Positions 50,150 to 59,287 of a DNA stretch of 64,000 nt are shown piece by piece (within the stretch, counting starts at the first letter, position 1; every line of letters begins with the position of its first letter). Below the pieces are notes generated by a model. That model saw only the letters and a list, made by a program, of their open reading frames with translations. It searched no databases and was not told where the DNA came from. The DNA comes from Dehalococcoidia bacterium (GTDB lineage: Bacteria > Chloroflexota > Dehalococcoidia > SM23-28-2 > RBG-16-64-32). Position numbers and translations under genes: made by a program. Location of the stretch: contig CAXXTF010000001.1 of NCBI GenBank assembly GCA_963665775.2, forward strand, positions 672,001 through 736,000, given 5' to 3'.

Positions 50150-50602
50150 CTAATCGGGGTTGGTGATCAGGTCAACCCTGACGTCAGCGGTCGCCACGGC
50201 GACCGATCCATAAAGCGGTCACCGCCGTTTATAGGTGTCCACCAGCCCCTGGGCCTGGTCGGAGCTGAGCCCTGTGAGGCTAATCTCAAGGCGAAGCTTA
50301 CGGAAGACCGTGACGTTCTCATGGGCCGGCGGAGTCCCTGCGTCACGCGTCGCCTCCACCCTCACATCCGCCCCCCTGAGCGGAAGCTGAGACTCATTTG
50401 CCAGGCGCTCTACCATCCCCACCGCGCAAGCCGAGATGCCCGATAGGAAAGCCTCTATCGGATCGATCGCCTCGCCGGGCCCCCCGACGCGCCTTGATTC
50501 GTCCACGACGAAGTGTTGGTTTCGAGCGTTGCACAGAATCCGCCCCCGAGTTCCGCTCGAGTAGGACCGTACCCGTGTCGTATCTGTTTGCTCCTGTGCC
50601 AT
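50150..50602 (-). CDS. OsmC-family selenoprotein (Sec at TGA 50221-50219)
   Basis: GGPGEAIDPIEAFLSGISAC; read-through gives YKRR-U-PLYGSVAVATADVRVDLITNPD*, U at the position of the second OsmC Cys. Confidence 0.85.
50188..50205 (-). promoter_or_regulatory. SECIS-like hairpin of the OsmC gene
   Basis: CGGTCGCC-GT-GGCGACCG beginning 13 nt after the UGA. Confidence 0.75.
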
Positions 50603-50638
50603 TTCATACCTCCGATTAATACTTCACGACGCTGCTTG

Positions 50639-51376
50639 TCAAAAGGCTGGAGCCTCCGTCTTAGGGAACCACATCTCCATCTGAAGGCCACTCGCATCCG
50701 CGGGCGGCTGTCGAGGAATACGGGCGGCCGTATCGCGCCGAATGCAAAGCGATGTATACGCCACGACCAGAGCATCCACAAAGTCATCCAGGGCACACTC
50801 ACCTTGGATTTCCACCGGCAACCGGGGCCGCTCCGGCAGCGACGGAAGAACCCCCCTCAGGACATCCCAGCGTTCATTGAGGCCATCCGGATGCTTCTTA
50901 CTTCGAGCCATTGGGCGCCGCCCATTCAGGGCCCAGAAGCATACCTCTGGGTGCACCTCCTTCATCCGCGCCTGAAGCCTCGGTGTCATCCGCGAATCTA
51001 CCTCAGCGACCTTTGACATGATGCAGAAGGTTTGCTTGCTAAGGCGCTTCCCCGCCACCCTGAGGTTCTCATCGCTCGCGGCCTGATACTGGTTCTGCCC
51101 CTTGAATTGCAGGGCCGGTCGAGAAGGAGAGGGGAAGACGCTGGATGCACGAGGCCTTTTCAGCAATGATCTGGCCTCCACATCGCAAGCCCTCTTGCCC
51201 GGTCCGTTCAATAGTCCTATTGGAATATCAAGGCAGATCAGATCCCCGTCAGAGGCGACCAAGTCGTCAATGGACAGCACCACCGTACGCGCCACAGCAG
51301 CGGATTCACCGGAATCGTCAATGAAAACCGCACACCAGCCTTTGCGGCATCCGTCCGCTCCGATAATCCTGCTCAC
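50639..51376 (-). CDS. DUF429 (RNase H-like predicted nuclease) protein
   Basis: GADGCRKGW, LDIPIGL, SSVFPSP, EVHPEVCF, DDFVDA. Confidence 0.85.
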   Translation of the reverse strand: MSRIIGADGCRKGWCAVFIDDSGESAAVARTVVLSIDDLVASDGDLICLDIPIGLLNGPGKRACDVEARSLLKRPRASSVFPSPSRPALQFKGQNQYQAASDENLRVAGKRLSKQTFCIMSKVAEVDSRMTPRLQARMKEVHPEVCFWALNGRRPMARSKKHPDGLNERWDVLRGVLPSLPERPRLPVEIQGECALDDFVDALVVAYTSLCIRRDTAARIPRQPPADASGLQMEMWFPKTEAPAF

Positions 51377-51701
51377 TGCAGAGCAATGATAGCACTGCCA
51401 CGGCTTGTCTAATGCGAGATGTTAGGGGGCGATTCAAGCCTAGAAGCGTTCGGCGAAGAGTAATCGCTCACTTAGTCTGCGTAGTCATACGTGAGTGTCT
51501 GATGATACAATTTCGGTACTGAACCGCATCAAGCCGAGTGAGTTCCGAGAAATCCAGTGACGCTCAGAAGTTCAGCACCGTTGGCCGAATCGACGCCCGA
51601 TTAGGCCGGGCCCGTTAGCGCGGTTTCGCCGATTCAACAATGAATATCTGAGCCTTCACCCGTCTCCATTAGGGACGGAGGGATTCGTTGGATGCAAGGA
51701 G

Positions 51702-52547
51702 GTGATCGTGCCTAGCTACAGGGTTCTCATAACCGGTTGTGCCACGGGAGTCGGCAGGGCCACGGCGGAGCTCCTGGCCGAGAAGGGCTATGACGTGTTC
51801 GCGACGATGCGCGACACATCAAGAGGCTACGACCTGGTAGAGGGAGCGACGGCGAAGGGCTGGAAGCTTTTAGCCGTTCACCTGGATGTATGCGATGACG
51901 AATCGGTCGCCGCCGCTATGGGCGATGTGGGTCGGGTCGACATACTCGTAAACGTTGCCGGAATTCAGGACATCGGCCCCATGGAAGAGATGAGCGTCGC
52001 CGACCTCAAGCGGCACTTCGAGACGAACACGGTTGGGCCATTCCGCCTTATGAAGGCGGCCCTTCCGGGCATGCGCGAGCGGCGGTTCGGGGTGATAGTA
52101 AATGTCTCCTCCTACCACGGACGTTTTGCCTCCCCCATGAGTGCTGTGTACAGTTCATCTAAGCACGCCCTGGAAGCCATAAGTGAAGCGCTCCGATACG
52201 AGGTTGGCCAATTCGGTATCCGGGTGCACGTGATTGAGCCGGGCTACATCGTCGATACGGCACTGTTCAAGAAGGGGAGCCTTGTTGGGGCGAGGGGTGG
52301 CGACGAAAGCTCCCCTTACGCCGATCTTGACAGGTTGCTTCAAGAGAATAGGGGCAACCTGATTCCGCTGCCCAGGACTACCACACCGCGGCTTGTTGCC
52401 GGCGTGATCCTTCAGGCCATCGAGAGGGGAGATCAGTTTCGCTACCCAGTGGGGCCCGACGCCGAGTCCATCCTTGCTCTCAGGAACAGCACTGACGACG
52501 TAGATTTCGATCTGCTCCGGCGCAAGGAGCTGAATCTAGGTTGGTAG
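51702..52547 (+). CDS. SDR family oxidoreductase
   Basis: ITGCATGVG, NVSS, YSSSK, IEPG. Confidence 0.93.
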   Translation: MIVPSYRVLITGCATGVGRATAELLAEKGYDVFATMRDTSRGYDLVEGATAKGWKLLAVHLDVCDDESVAAAMGDVGRVDILVNVAGIQDIGPMEEMSVADLKRHFETNTVGPFRLMKAALPGMRERRFGVIVNVSSYHGRFASPMSAVYSSSKHALEAISEALRYEVGQFGIRVHVIEPGYIVDTALFKKGSLVGARGGDESSPYADLDRLLQENRGNLIPLPRTTTPRLVAGVILQAIERGDQFRYPVGPDAESILALRNSTDDVDFDLLRRKELNLGW

Positions 52548-52720
52548 CAGTGCAAGTTCGGTCCGAGGCCCTCATTTTATCGCGGGGCGCACTATGTGTT
52601 CTCCGTACGGTTTAGGCTGAGCGAAGCGAAGGGAGTTGACCCGACCACAGCGGCTGCGAAGAGTCTGAATCCGACCCTTGTTGGGACCTCCTTGTGGTCC
52701 GCCAGCCGTCCGCCTGGCCC

Positions 52721-53737
52721 CTAAAGCCGCTTGATTCCTTCCACTATCCGGTCGATCTGCTCCTGCTCCTCGAAGCCCCGGATGGCGAGGCCCAGGGTGG
52801 AGACAACGCCGCCGTAACGCTCCTTGATCTTGGGCAGCAGCTCCTCATGGGTGCCGACGATGGCAAACTCCTCGAGCATTTCATCGCTTATTTCGTTCGA
52901 CATCTCCTGCCACTTCCCCTCCAAAGAGAGGCGGTGAAGGCGCAGGCCTACCTCACCCCAGCCGTGTAGCTCCAGGACTGGGTGGTAGGTGCGGGTGGAA
53001 CCGTAGAAGGCGATCCGCTGCTTCACCGGGCCTTTGGCCCTCTCGACCTCCCCCTGGTCCCTACCGGTTACTACAGTGCAAGCGCCGACGATATCGATAT
53101 CAGAGAGCTTTCGTCCCGCCCTCTTGGCCCCGGCCTCAACGCTGGGCAGGATTATCTCTCTCGTATACCTGGGAGTGTTGAAGGAATGCAACCGGACGCC
53201 TTCACAGAGCTCGCCGCCCAGGCGGCAGTTGTACGGGTTGACGGCAGCGACGTAGATCGGGAGGTGACCATCTGCGTTGGGGCCCGGGTTGAAGACCGGG
53301 GAGATGAGGGTGAACTGGTAATGCTGACCCTTGAAGTCCGCTGGGGCACCGGTCTGAAAGGTATCGAAGATGGCTCTGAGGCAGAGGATGTACTCCCGAA
53401 GGCGGGGGCCCGGTGGTGATGTCCAGGGAGTAGAGTAGCGGCGCTCATTATGGCCCTTGACCTGAGTGCCGAGCCCGAGATGGAAGCGGCCGCCGGAGTA
53501 GCGCTGAAGCTCCCAGGCGATCTGGGCGGTGACGAAAGGGCTGCGGGGGAAGGCGATGGCTACGCCGCTGCCGAACTTGATTCGCCCGGTGTGCTCGGCG
53601 ATGATCATAAGAGGCAGGAAGGGATCGTTGCCTGTTTCGCCGATGGTGATAGAGTCGTAGCCGATCTCCTCCAGACGTTTCGCCTGGCTAGCGAGCGAGT
53701 CGATACCGGCAGCGGCGAGGGAGGTCTCGATGCGCAT
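52721..53737 (-). CDS. LLM-class F420-dependent oxidoreductase (second subfamily)
   Basis: DPFLPL, AIAFPRSP, LGLGTQVKGHNERRY, AFYGSTRTY. Confidence 0.92.
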   Translation of the reverse strand: MRIETSLAAAGIDSLASQAKRLEEIGYDSITIGETGNDPFLPLMIIAEHTGRIKFGSGVAIAFPRSPFVTAQIAWELQRYSGGRFHLGLGTQVKGHNERRYSTPWTSPPGPRLREYILCLRAIFDTFQTGAPADFKGQHYQFTLISPVFNPGPNADGHLPIYVAAVNPYNCRLGGELCEGVRLHSFNTPRYTREIILPSVEAGAKRAGRKLSDIDIVGACTVVTGRDQGEVERAKGPVKQRIAFYGSTRTYHPVLELHGWGEVGLRLHRLSLEGKWQEMSNEISDEMLEEFAIVGTHEELLPKIKERYGGVVSTLGLAIRGFEEQEQIDRIVEGIKRL

Positions 53738-53960
53738 CCTGTCACTCCTTTCGACTGGCGCCGTGCTGGCGCGGGTCGGCTCTTCACGCGCAGGTAGACT
53801 TTATCCGCTAAGATCGTGCCAGTAAATAGCCACCTCTAACGATCAAACACTATTTGTTGGATAGTTTGGGGCCCGCGATGTCTCTAGGCCAGATCAGCAG
53901 AGATTAGGAAGATGCGAGCGATTTCTCTGGGTCAGTTGGATCTGAATGGTCGATGGGGGC

Positions 53961-55205
53961 CTACAGTCCCCCGGGGTCGGCCTCACGAAGGGGATCGGTG
54001 AAATCCAGCCCCGCGTCCTCCAGTGGTCCCAGAATGTCCTCGCCCTGTGGCTTGACGCCGTTCTCGACCCAGTTCGCGAGGGCCTCGGTAGCGGCGATCA
54101 TCTCCTGGTCGCTGAAGTCGCAGTGGCCGGGCGCCCGGACGGCCCGCTGCACAAGCAGGTCGTCGTTGCCGGCTAGGCGAACGACCTCCGCGTTCAGCTC
54201 CTCGCTTGTCAAGCCGCTGGCCGGGTCGACAGGGTAGACGAAGTCGGTGTTGTCGAAGGCGTCGAGTAGGAGCGGGGCCAGGGCGCCGGCCAGGAAGAAG
54301 TTGGGGAGGTAGAACTCCTCGAAGCCCTCATAACGGAAGGGTCTGGGGCCGCCGGTCAGGGTGGCGACCAGCCCCTCGAAGAGGTCGCGGGCCTCGGCAT
54401 CGGTGGCCAGAGCGGGCACGACACGCACAAGTTGCGCTAAGGCTCCCGTCGAGTCGAACTCCTCCTGGTTAATGCCAGCGGCGTAGGCGGCAAGCGCTAC
54501 GTAATGCCCGATGAAGTCCAACTCGCCCAGCCCAGTCGCGGCGCAAGCGGCCAGGGCGCCGTCATAGCGGTTGGGGAAGAGCTCCAGAGAGAGGAGCGTT
54601 ACGTTACCGCCCATGGAACCGCCGCCGATGTAGGTGTAATCCGGCTGGTCAAACTCGTCCAGGAAGAAGTCGTGCAGGGCCGCCGTCTCGTGAGCCCCCT
54701 GGAAGGGGACGAAGCTGTTGCTGCTGAAAGAGGAAGCGGCCCAGGCGTACCCGTTCTCGATCAGGTACTCGCGGATGGGAGGCTCATCGACGACTAGCTC
54801 GGCTTCCAGGCTGCGAAAGCCGTGGGCCCACAGCAGTAGCCGTCCGTTCCAGTCATCGGGCATCTCGATGCGGTATACCGTCCCGCCCAGCTCTCCGAAG
54901 AAGGCCTGCGCGCCGGGCAGCGCCTGGAAGGAGGGATCGGAGAGGTGGAAACCCTCGGCCGGCTGATCGGGCAGAATGGGCTCCGCCTCGGTCTGCCCGG
55001 GGTTGGAAGCTGGTGTTGGGGTAAGGCTCAGCGTCGGCGTCGCCGTCGCCGGAAGGGACGTCTCTACGGGTGTGGCGGTGGCCTGCGGGCTGGGCGAAGC
55101 CGTCGCGGGCGGGTCGCCATCGCCGCCACAGGCCGCGACGAACGCGAGCAGGAGAGCGATGGGCAGTAGGGCGATGGGCAGCAGGATAGGGGGCCGCAAC
55201 TTCAT
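53961..55205 (-). CDS. lipoprotein alpha/beta hydrolase
   Basis: Lipobox FVAAC, PT-rich linker, WNGRLLLWAHG, GGSMGG, GHCDF. Confidence 0.82.
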   Translation of the reverse strand: MKLRPPILLPIALLPIALLLAFVAACGGDGDPPATASPSPQATATPVETSLPATATPTLSLTPTPASNPGQTEAEPILPDQPAEGFHLSDPSFQALPGAQAFFGELGGTVYRIEMPDDWNGRLLLWAHGFRSLEAELVVDEPPIREYLIENGYAWAASSFSSNSFVPFQGAHETAALHDFFLDEFDQPDYTYIGGGSMGGNVTLLSLELFPNRYDGALAACAATGLGELDFIGHYVALAAYAAGINQEEFDSTGALAQLVRVVPALATDAEARDLFEGLVATLTGGPRPFRYEGFEEFYLPNFFLAGALAPLLLDAFDNTDFVYPVDPASGLTSEELNAEVVRLAGNDDLLVQRAVRAPGHCDFSDQEMIAATEALANWVENGVKPQGEDILGPLEDAGLDFTDPLREADPGGL

Positions 55206-55444
55206 GAGGATCGTCCCCTGGCAAGCCCGTGCATCCCAGCCCTGAACTGCAAGCTGCCGGGCCCGATGTCTAAGGCTATCATCGCACTGATTCGTAGAGC
55301 ATGTCGTACTTGGCGCCGATCCGTAACCGCCGCCTTGCGGTACACTCTATCGTAGGCCATGGTAGTGGCCCCGGTAAACGGAATCAACAGCGCCATGCGA
55401 CGTTTGGGCCGTGTCTCAGCGGACGCTGAGGCCGGCTCAACTGG

Positions 55445-56383
55445 ATGAGGATCGTTTTGGATCAGGTCGTTGAAGTCGAAAGGCTAGTGAAGGAGTATGG
55501 TCAGCTCAGGGCGGTGAACCTGGTCAGCTTCAGCGTGCCGAGGGGCGAGATTTTTGGGATTCTAGGCCCCAACGGCGCTGGCAAGACGACGACGCTTGAG
55601 ATCATCGAGGGACTCCAGAAGCCAACTGCCGGCTCCACCCGTGTTCTGGGCATGGATAGCCGGCGCGAGGCTAGCAAGGTAAAGGAGATCATCGGTGTTC
55701 AGCTTCAGGCCTCGGCCTATTTCGACTATCTGACCCTGAGGGAGATACTGGCGCTGTTCGGTAGCTTCTACCGTCGCTGCCTGCCGCCGGACGGGCTCCT
55801 GGCTCGCGTCGGGCTAGAGGAGAAAGCCGATTCGCTGGTGAAGCACCTATCGGGCGGGCAGCAGCAGCGCTTCTCGATTATCGCCAGCATGGTCAACGAT
55901 CCTGAGGTCTTCTTTCTGGATGAGCCGACGACAGGACTGGACCCGCAGGCCCGCCACTCGCTCTGGGAGCTCGTTCAAGCCATTCGCCGGGACGGTAAGA
56001 CCATAATCCTGACGACCCACTACATGGAGGAGGCGGAGACCCTTTGCGATCGGGTGGCGATCATGGATGGCGGTCGCATCGTGGCCCTGGAGACGCCAGT
56101 GAAGCTAATCGAGGGGCTGGAGGCCCCCTTCCACATCCGCCTCCGCCTGTCGTCGCCCGTGGCGCCTGCCGCGCTGGCAGGGGACGGCGTGACGCGAGTG
56201 ACCGTGGACGACCACGACGGCGACCGGGAGTACCTTCTACAGGTCTCGAGCGTCGGCGACTGTCTCCCGGCCCTTCTGGACCGTCTGACGGGCCTCAAGG
56301 CCCAAGTCCTGGATCTCGGTGTGGAGAAGGCGACTCTGGAGGACGTCTTTCTGGCCCATACCGGTAAGGCGTTGCGCGACTGA
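55445..56383 (+). CDS. ABC-2 exporter ATP-binding protein
   Basis: GPNGAGKTT, LSGGQQQR, LDEPTTGLD, TTHYMEEA. Confidence 0.95.
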   Translation: MRIVLDQVVEVERLVKEYGQLRAVNLVSFSVPRGEIFGILGPNGAGKTTTLEIIEGLQKPTAGSTRVLGMDSRREASKVKEIIGVQLQASAYFDYLTLREILALFGSFYRRCLPPDGLLARVGLEEKADSLVKHLSGGQQQRFSIIASMVNDPEVFFLDEPTTGLDPQARHSLWELVQAIRRDGKTIILTTHYMEEAETLCDRVAIMDGGRIVALETPVKLIEGLEAPFHIRLRLSSPVAPAALAGDGVTRVTVDDHDGDREYLLQVSSVGDCLPALLDRLTGLKAQVLDLGVEKATLEDVFLAHTGKALRD

Positions 56384-57444
56384 TGGGACGCCTGCTCCTG
56401 GCCAACCTCAAGATCACCTTTCGCAATCGGATTAGCCTCTTCTGGGCCCTGGCCTTCCCCCTCATCTTCATCGGCGTATTCGCCCTGTTTAACCTGGACG
56501 AGCCCTCGGAGGTGGAGATCGCCCTGGTCGATGAAGCGCCCCGCCCGCTGACCGAAGCCCTTGTCGATAATCTGGAAACCATAGAGCTCTTCGTAGTCGA
56601 GCCTGTGGCGGAGCTGGAGACCGCCCGCCGCGACCTTAAGGACGGCGATTACCATATGGTCCTGCTGCTTCCGCGGGGGCTTGGTGATGACCCTCAGGCC
56701 GTCGCTACGGTGCTCTATAGCCAGTCCAATCCCCTGATCAACCAGCTGGCGCTGGCTGCCCTGCGCCAGCTGTTCAACGAGTTCAACCTCCAGGCCTCCG
56801 GCGTGACTCCTGCGGTCAACCTGGCGGTAGAGTCCATCACCACGCGAGACATCGGCTACATGGACTTTCTTGTGCCCGGCATCCTGGGAATGGGGATGAT
56901 GAACTACGCTATCATCGGCATCGCCACGGTCCTGGTCACGTACCAGGAGAAACGCATCCTGCGTCGTATCCAGGCGACGCCCCTGCCGGTCACCACGTTC
57001 ATTATCGCTCAGGTGGGGGCCTTTCTGGCCCTTTCCGTCCTTCAGACGGCAGTCATCCTGGGTGCCGGCAGCCTGGTGGGAGCCGGCTTCACCACCAATT
57101 TCGTCTGGGCCTTCCCCCTGGCCATGCTGGGGAGCTTCATCTTCCTGAACCTCGGCATCTTGGTGGCCGCCACCAGCAGGTCGGTGAACGCTGCCGCCGG
57201 GATGGGCAACGCCATCGCCCTGCCCATGATGTTCCTGTCCGGGGTTTTCTTCCCCATCGATCAGTTGCCGCCGGCTCTGGAGACAGCGGTCGGGTTTCTG
57301 CCCTTGACACCGCTTCTGGGGGCGCTGCGAACCGTCCTTCTGGACAACGAGTCGATCCTCACCGCCTGGGATGACCTGGCCCTCCTCGGTGTCTGGGCAG
57401 TGGTCATGGTGGCGGCGGCGGCCCGCGTCTTCAGGCTGGAGTAG
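56383..57444 (+). CDS. ABC-2 exporter permease
   Basis: FWALAFP, YMDFLVPG, PMMFLSGVFFP; TM pattern. Confidence 0.93.
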   Translation: MGRLLLANLKITFRNRISLFWALAFPLIFIGVFALFNLDEPSEVEIALVDEAPRPLTEALVDNLETIELFVVEPVAELETARRDLKDGDYHMVLLLPRGLGDDPQAVATVLYSQSNPLINQLALAALRQLFNEFNLQASGVTPAVNLAVESITTRDIGYMDFLVPGILGMGMMNYAIIGIATVLVTYQEKRILRRIQATPLPVTTFIIAQVGAFLALSVLQTAVILGAGSLVGAGFTTNFVWAFPLAMLGSFIFLNLGILVAATSRSVNAAAGMGNAIALPMMFLSGVFFPIDQLPPALETAVGFLPLTPLLGALRTVLLDNESILTAWDDLALLGVWAVVMVAAAARVFRLE

Positions 57445-57525
57445 GGAGGTAGTGGCCCCGGCCACAGGTCATGGCCCGGGCGCCCGCCCCTGGCGCCAGG
57501 CGATGAGGGCACCTGACCAGATGCC

Positions 57526-57576
57526 GGCCAGCGCTGCACTAACATAGCGTGTGGTAGCGTTTATGGAGGCAGGTCA
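57526..57576 (+). repeat. dispersed non-coding element, copy 3
   Basis: GGCCAGCGCTGCACTAACATAGCGTGTGGTAGCGTTTATGGAGGCAGGTCA. Confidence 0.85.
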
Positions 57577-57597
57577 TTCTCGTGAGGGAAATACCCG

Positions 57598-58329
57598 ATG
57601 CTTGACAAGGAGCAACCGCGGCGGCAGGGACACATCTCAGGCAGTGAGGTCGTGGGGTTTGCCAGCAGCAGAGTGCCCCAGCGGAGCATTCATGAGGGCC
57701 ACTTTGTTCGCCTGGAGCCGCTAGAACCCTATCGTCATGTCGATGAGCTGTGGATCGCAGCCTGGGACCCGGCCGCCGAATCCTCCTTCACCTAGCTGCC
57801 TTACGGGCCATGGGCGAACCGCGGCGATTACCTAGAATGGTTGGAGATGATGGCAGCGCAGGAGGACCCGCTCTTCTTCGCCATTCGCGAGTTGGCGTCG
57901 CGTCGCGCCCTTGGGTTGGCTAGCTATCTCAACATCGAGCCTACGCACGGGTCAGTCGAGATTGGTCACGTCTGGTTCGCGCCCCCGCTCCAGCGCACCT
58001 CGGCCGCCACAGAGGCCATATTCCTGCTGTTAAGGCACGCGTTCGACGACTTGACCTGTCGCCGAATGGAGTGGAAATGCAATGCGCTCAACGTCGCCTC
58101 ACGACGCGCTGCACTGCGCTTTGGCTTCACCTTTGAGGGAATTTTCTACCAGCATCGGGTATACAAAGGACGCAATAGGGATACCGCCTGGTACTCCATG
58201 ATGGACCACGAGTGGCCCGCAATCCGTTCCGCCTTCGAGGCATGGCTCGCTCCCAGTAACGTTGACGAGGACGGCAAGCAGCGCCTCTCATTGAGCGAAT
58301 TGACCAGGGGGCCAGACTTACAGTCTTAG
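57598..58329 (+). pseudogene. RimJ/RimL-type GNAT acetyltransferase with in-frame TAG
   Basis: EGHFVRLEPL...SFT*LPYGPW...VEIGHVW, RRMEWKCNALN, GRNRDTAWYS; TAG at 57793. Confidence 0.85.
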
Positions 58330-58584
58330 GCACCCTGGGGCTTCGCTCCGGATGACCCCTTGAGCCAGATTGCCTGCGGGTGGCAGAGATTGGCGTAGCC
58401 CCACTGCGACTCGCAGAGGAGGGTCAACCGGTAGGCCTGGTTCCCATCAGCCACGACCTGTCACGAGCGGTCGTTAGCTGGCTCGTAAGATTCGTAATGG
58501 AATAGCAACCGTCAGGCCGCTATCATGTAAGGAGAGGTCCGGCCCCTCCCTGGGGTGAACTTGCCGTAAATGACATCGCTATCC

Positions 58585-59271
58585 ATGAGTGCAGAACGAA
58601 TTCTGGTCGTAGAGGATGAGCCCATGGTGGCTGAGGTGGTCGAGCGCTACCTTCGCCGTGACGGCCATGGCGTGCTGGTAGCCAGCGATGGCAATGCGGC
58701 GATGGAGGCGTTGGAGCGGTTTCAGCCGGACCTCATCGTACTCGACGTGATGTTACCGGGGATCGACGGTATGGAGGTGTGTCGACGCGTGCGGGCCCGC
58801 TCGCAGGTCCCGATCATCATGCTGACGGCACGTGGGGAGGAGACGGACAAGGTCGTTGGCCTCGCTATCGGCGCGGACGACTACGTAACGAAGCCGTTCA
58901 GCCCTCGCGAGCTGGCGGCTCGGGTCGGGGCTGTGCTCCGCCGCTCCAGCCAGCGGACGCTGGCCGGGGAGGATTCCCTACGTTTCGACGATCTGCGTAT
59001 CAACAGGCGCACGCGAACTGCGGAGGACCATCGCGGCCCCGTCAAGCTCACCGCCCGCGAGTTCGACCTGCTCTTCCATCTGGCCAGCCACGCTGGCCAG
59101 GTGTTTAGCCGGGATGAGCTGATGGACGCGGTTTGGGACTACGAGTTCCCGGGGGATGCCAACACCGTGACGGTCCACATGCGCCGGCTTCGCGCCAAGG
59201 TTGAGGTCGATCCCTCGCGGCCGCGGCATCTGAAGACCGTTTGGGGAGTGGGATACAAGTTTGAGCCGTAA
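58585..59271 (+). CDS. OmpR-family response regulator
   Basis: ILVVEDE, LDVMLP, GADDYVTKPFS, TVWGVGY. Confidence 0.95.
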   Translation: MSAERILVVEDEPMVAEVVERYLRRDGHGVLVASDGNAAMEALERFQPDLIVLDVMLPGIDGMEVCRRVRARSQVPIIMLTARGEETDKVVGLAIGADDYVTKPFSPRELAARVGAVLRRSSQRTLAGEDSLRFDDLRINRRTRTAEDHRGPVKLTAREFDLLFHLASHAGQVFSRDELMDAVWDYEFPGDANTVTVHMRRLRAKVEVDPSRPRHLKTVWGVGYKFEP

Positions 59272-59287
59272 TCTGGATACGGTCGGC

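Noticed and set aside
51407-51430. attC-like GTCTAAT...GTTAGGG
   Set aside because: Far too short for an attC, and the only tyrosine recombinase in the window is XerD-type.
52616-52635. REP-like CTGAGCGAAGCGAAGG fragment (partial inverse near 58340)
   Set aside because: Only partial, degenerate matches; no full palindrome or associated transposase.
17862-57795. Genome-wide TAG recoding or pyrrolysine
   Set aside because: Many complete genes here end at TAG, the three internal TAGs appear to replace different residues, and no pyl genes are visible.
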